The notes under the pieces are model-generated. The model was not told the DNA's origin. It saw only the letters and a program-made list of their open reading frames with translations, and did not search any database. From positions 372,001 through 436,000 of the forward strand of contig NIVC01000064.1 of NCBI GenBank assembly GCA_002269645.1: DNA of 64,000 bases. Reading direction: 5' to 3'. Position numbers and translations under genes: made by a program. Position 1 is the stretch's first letter; the number at the start of each line of letters is the position of its first letter. The DNA comes from Macrostomum lignano. Taxonomy: Eukaryota. Below are positions 62,057 through 64,000 of the stretch, piece by piece.

Positions 62057-62224
62057 AAACTGAGTTGGTGCTTCACAATGTTTTTGGTAACTAATACTAC
62101 TTATTTAACTTTGACAGTAGTATGTAAGATTATGCTTGTTATGGTTGCTTTTGTATAGAGCGCAGGCTTTTCATATGCCAATTGTATCATGTTAATTGCT
62201 TACGTCATGCTCATCCGAAATTTG

Positions 62225-62685
62225 TGACTGCGCCTGGTTTTTATGAATCAACTGGAATTCCCTATGAGATCAACTGGAATTCCCCTATGAAATCAACTGG
62301 AATTCCCCTATGAGATCAACTGGAATTCCCCTATGAGATCAACTGGAATTCCCCTATGAGATCAACTGGAATTCCCCTATGAAATCAACTGGAATTCCCT
62401 ATGAAATCAACTGGAATTCCCCTACAAAATCTACTGGAAATCCCCTATGAAATCAACTGGAATTCCCCTATAATATCTACTGGAATTCCCTTATGAAATC
62501 TGCTGGGATTTCCTATGAAATCTACTGGAATCGCACTATGAAGTTAACTAAAATTCCTCTATGAAGTATGCCGGAATTCCCAAATGAAAAATCCAACTGG
62601 AATTCACCTATAAAATCTACTGGAATTCCCCATCAAATCTAACTGGAATTCTCCTAAAAAGTCAACTGGAATTCCCCTATGAATC
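62225..62685. repeat. Minisatellite, 23-nt unit AACTGGAATTCCCCTATGAAATC
   Basis: About 20 units, decaying rightward, 3' of the BAK stop codon. Confidence 0.93.
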
Positions 62686-64000
62686 TTCATATCTAATCAA
62701 CCTATTAGTCGCTGAAATTCATCATTAGTGTATACTGTTAGCACTCTTTCTACAAAAATCGGTAATATTACTAAACTGTGGCTTTTCAATAACAACTAAT
62801 ATGCGCATGTATGGCTCTAACAGTTGTGGTATCTGGTGTGTGGCTGCAATAAGCTGTCATCTGCACTCTAGTGTCAAGGTTTGCAGCCTAACTCAAACAA
62901 TAACTGCATATACTAAGCCTAGTCTGTTTATCTAGCATGGACCAAAGCACTACTATAAGTAGAGAGCGAGTTTATGGAAGCTAGTCAAGAATCTATTTTT
63001 TCTGCTTGTTCGCCTGTTATGATTAAGTCTTACTACAAACATTTTATATTTTGATTGCGAATGTGCAATACAATTGGTGCACAATCATACTTACTGTTAC
63101 ATAGTGTAAACATCATATTTTTCTTGTTTTTATTTTGTTAAAAAAACTAAGTTGTTTTTTTTAAAAAATAATTTACGCTTAGCCAAACTAATTAAAGCTT
63201 AGCAGTAATAATCACCTGTTTTCTCACTCAATTCTTGCTAGTATAACAAAGGAAACTAGTGTTTTTTGTTCATTCTTCCGTTTTCATACTACTTATACTA
63301 CTAATACTTATCCAGCAGTAGCATATTGCGGCATTGTTTGTGGCGTATTTTGTATCCTGTCTCGGTATTTTTATGTTGAGCGTGCTTTTAAATACGAGTG
63401 CAACTTATCGCTGCAATAGTTATTTTTCATTTGATAGATCTTGACTGACCCATCTCGTGTCACAATTGAAGCTTGAGGAGTTAATAATTCCTGTTTGCAC
63501 AGCATGTATTTTTGTATCGGCTATATCTATTTTTGGAATTAGATTTTGGGAATCTATATCTCTGTGTGAGATGGGCTTTGATTATAATCTGACTATATCT
63601 ATCTCTGGGTTAAGATTTTAGAATGTATAATCTACATCTTAGGTGAGAATTTTGAATATACTATTGACTGTTAGAGATTAATACAATCTGAGTAGTATTT
63701 ATAGCCCAGCAGTTTTAAAGCCGAACTTGTCACTGATTGCTTACCTACTAATTATATTCAATATCAATCTGTTATTAGTCTGAGTTGCGTGTATTTGCAA
63801 GGAACTCAACGCACGCATTTTCTTGTATTAATAATCTTGGCCCAGCAGTGTCAAAGAACGTCTAAAAAAAGCTTACATGTAGATTGAATTTGATTCTAAA
63901 TTGATTTTTTTTATGTTTCACCCGTGCTTGTTTGCTGTTTATTGTTGTAGTTTTTTTTGGCTTTCCAAACTTGTCTTAATACAAGAGCTATGATTTTCTA

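Overview
Eukaryotic (invertebrate animal) genomic DNA, very rich in minisatellites and transposon relics; not prokaryotic. The organism cannot be named from sequence alone; the style resembles repeat-rich spiralian genomes such as Macrostomum, which is only an inference. Genes reconstructed by hand from GT-AG introns: the 5' coding part of an NRAMP/SLC11 transporter (minus strand, runs off the left edge, missed by the ORF track), intronless MAGT1/TUSC3, 4-exon SLC25A15, 2-exon POU4, a convergent pair of cytosolic Hsc70 genes, and a 4-exon BAK orthologue. The two Hsc70 genes share a near-identical 2.05 kb arm, each carries two intronic U14 snoRNAs, and one has a 1-nt frameshift. Mobile DNA: a split RTE fragment, an I-group (LOA/R1-like) LINE in BAK intron 1, a THAP-bearing P-like element with 67-bp TIRs, hAT-type MITEs, a TTAA foldback element and a truncated Crypton-like ORF. 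The most notable observations are U14 copies whose guide appears shifted by 3 nt, the homogenised Hsc70 inverted pair, a private minisatellite in each of the 7 SLC25A15, POU4 and BAK introns, a 28S rRNA scrap centred on the R2 target site, and a recurrent TTGTCTATGG motif upstream of several ORFs. Most long ORFs in the supplied track are repeat translations or antisense shadows.
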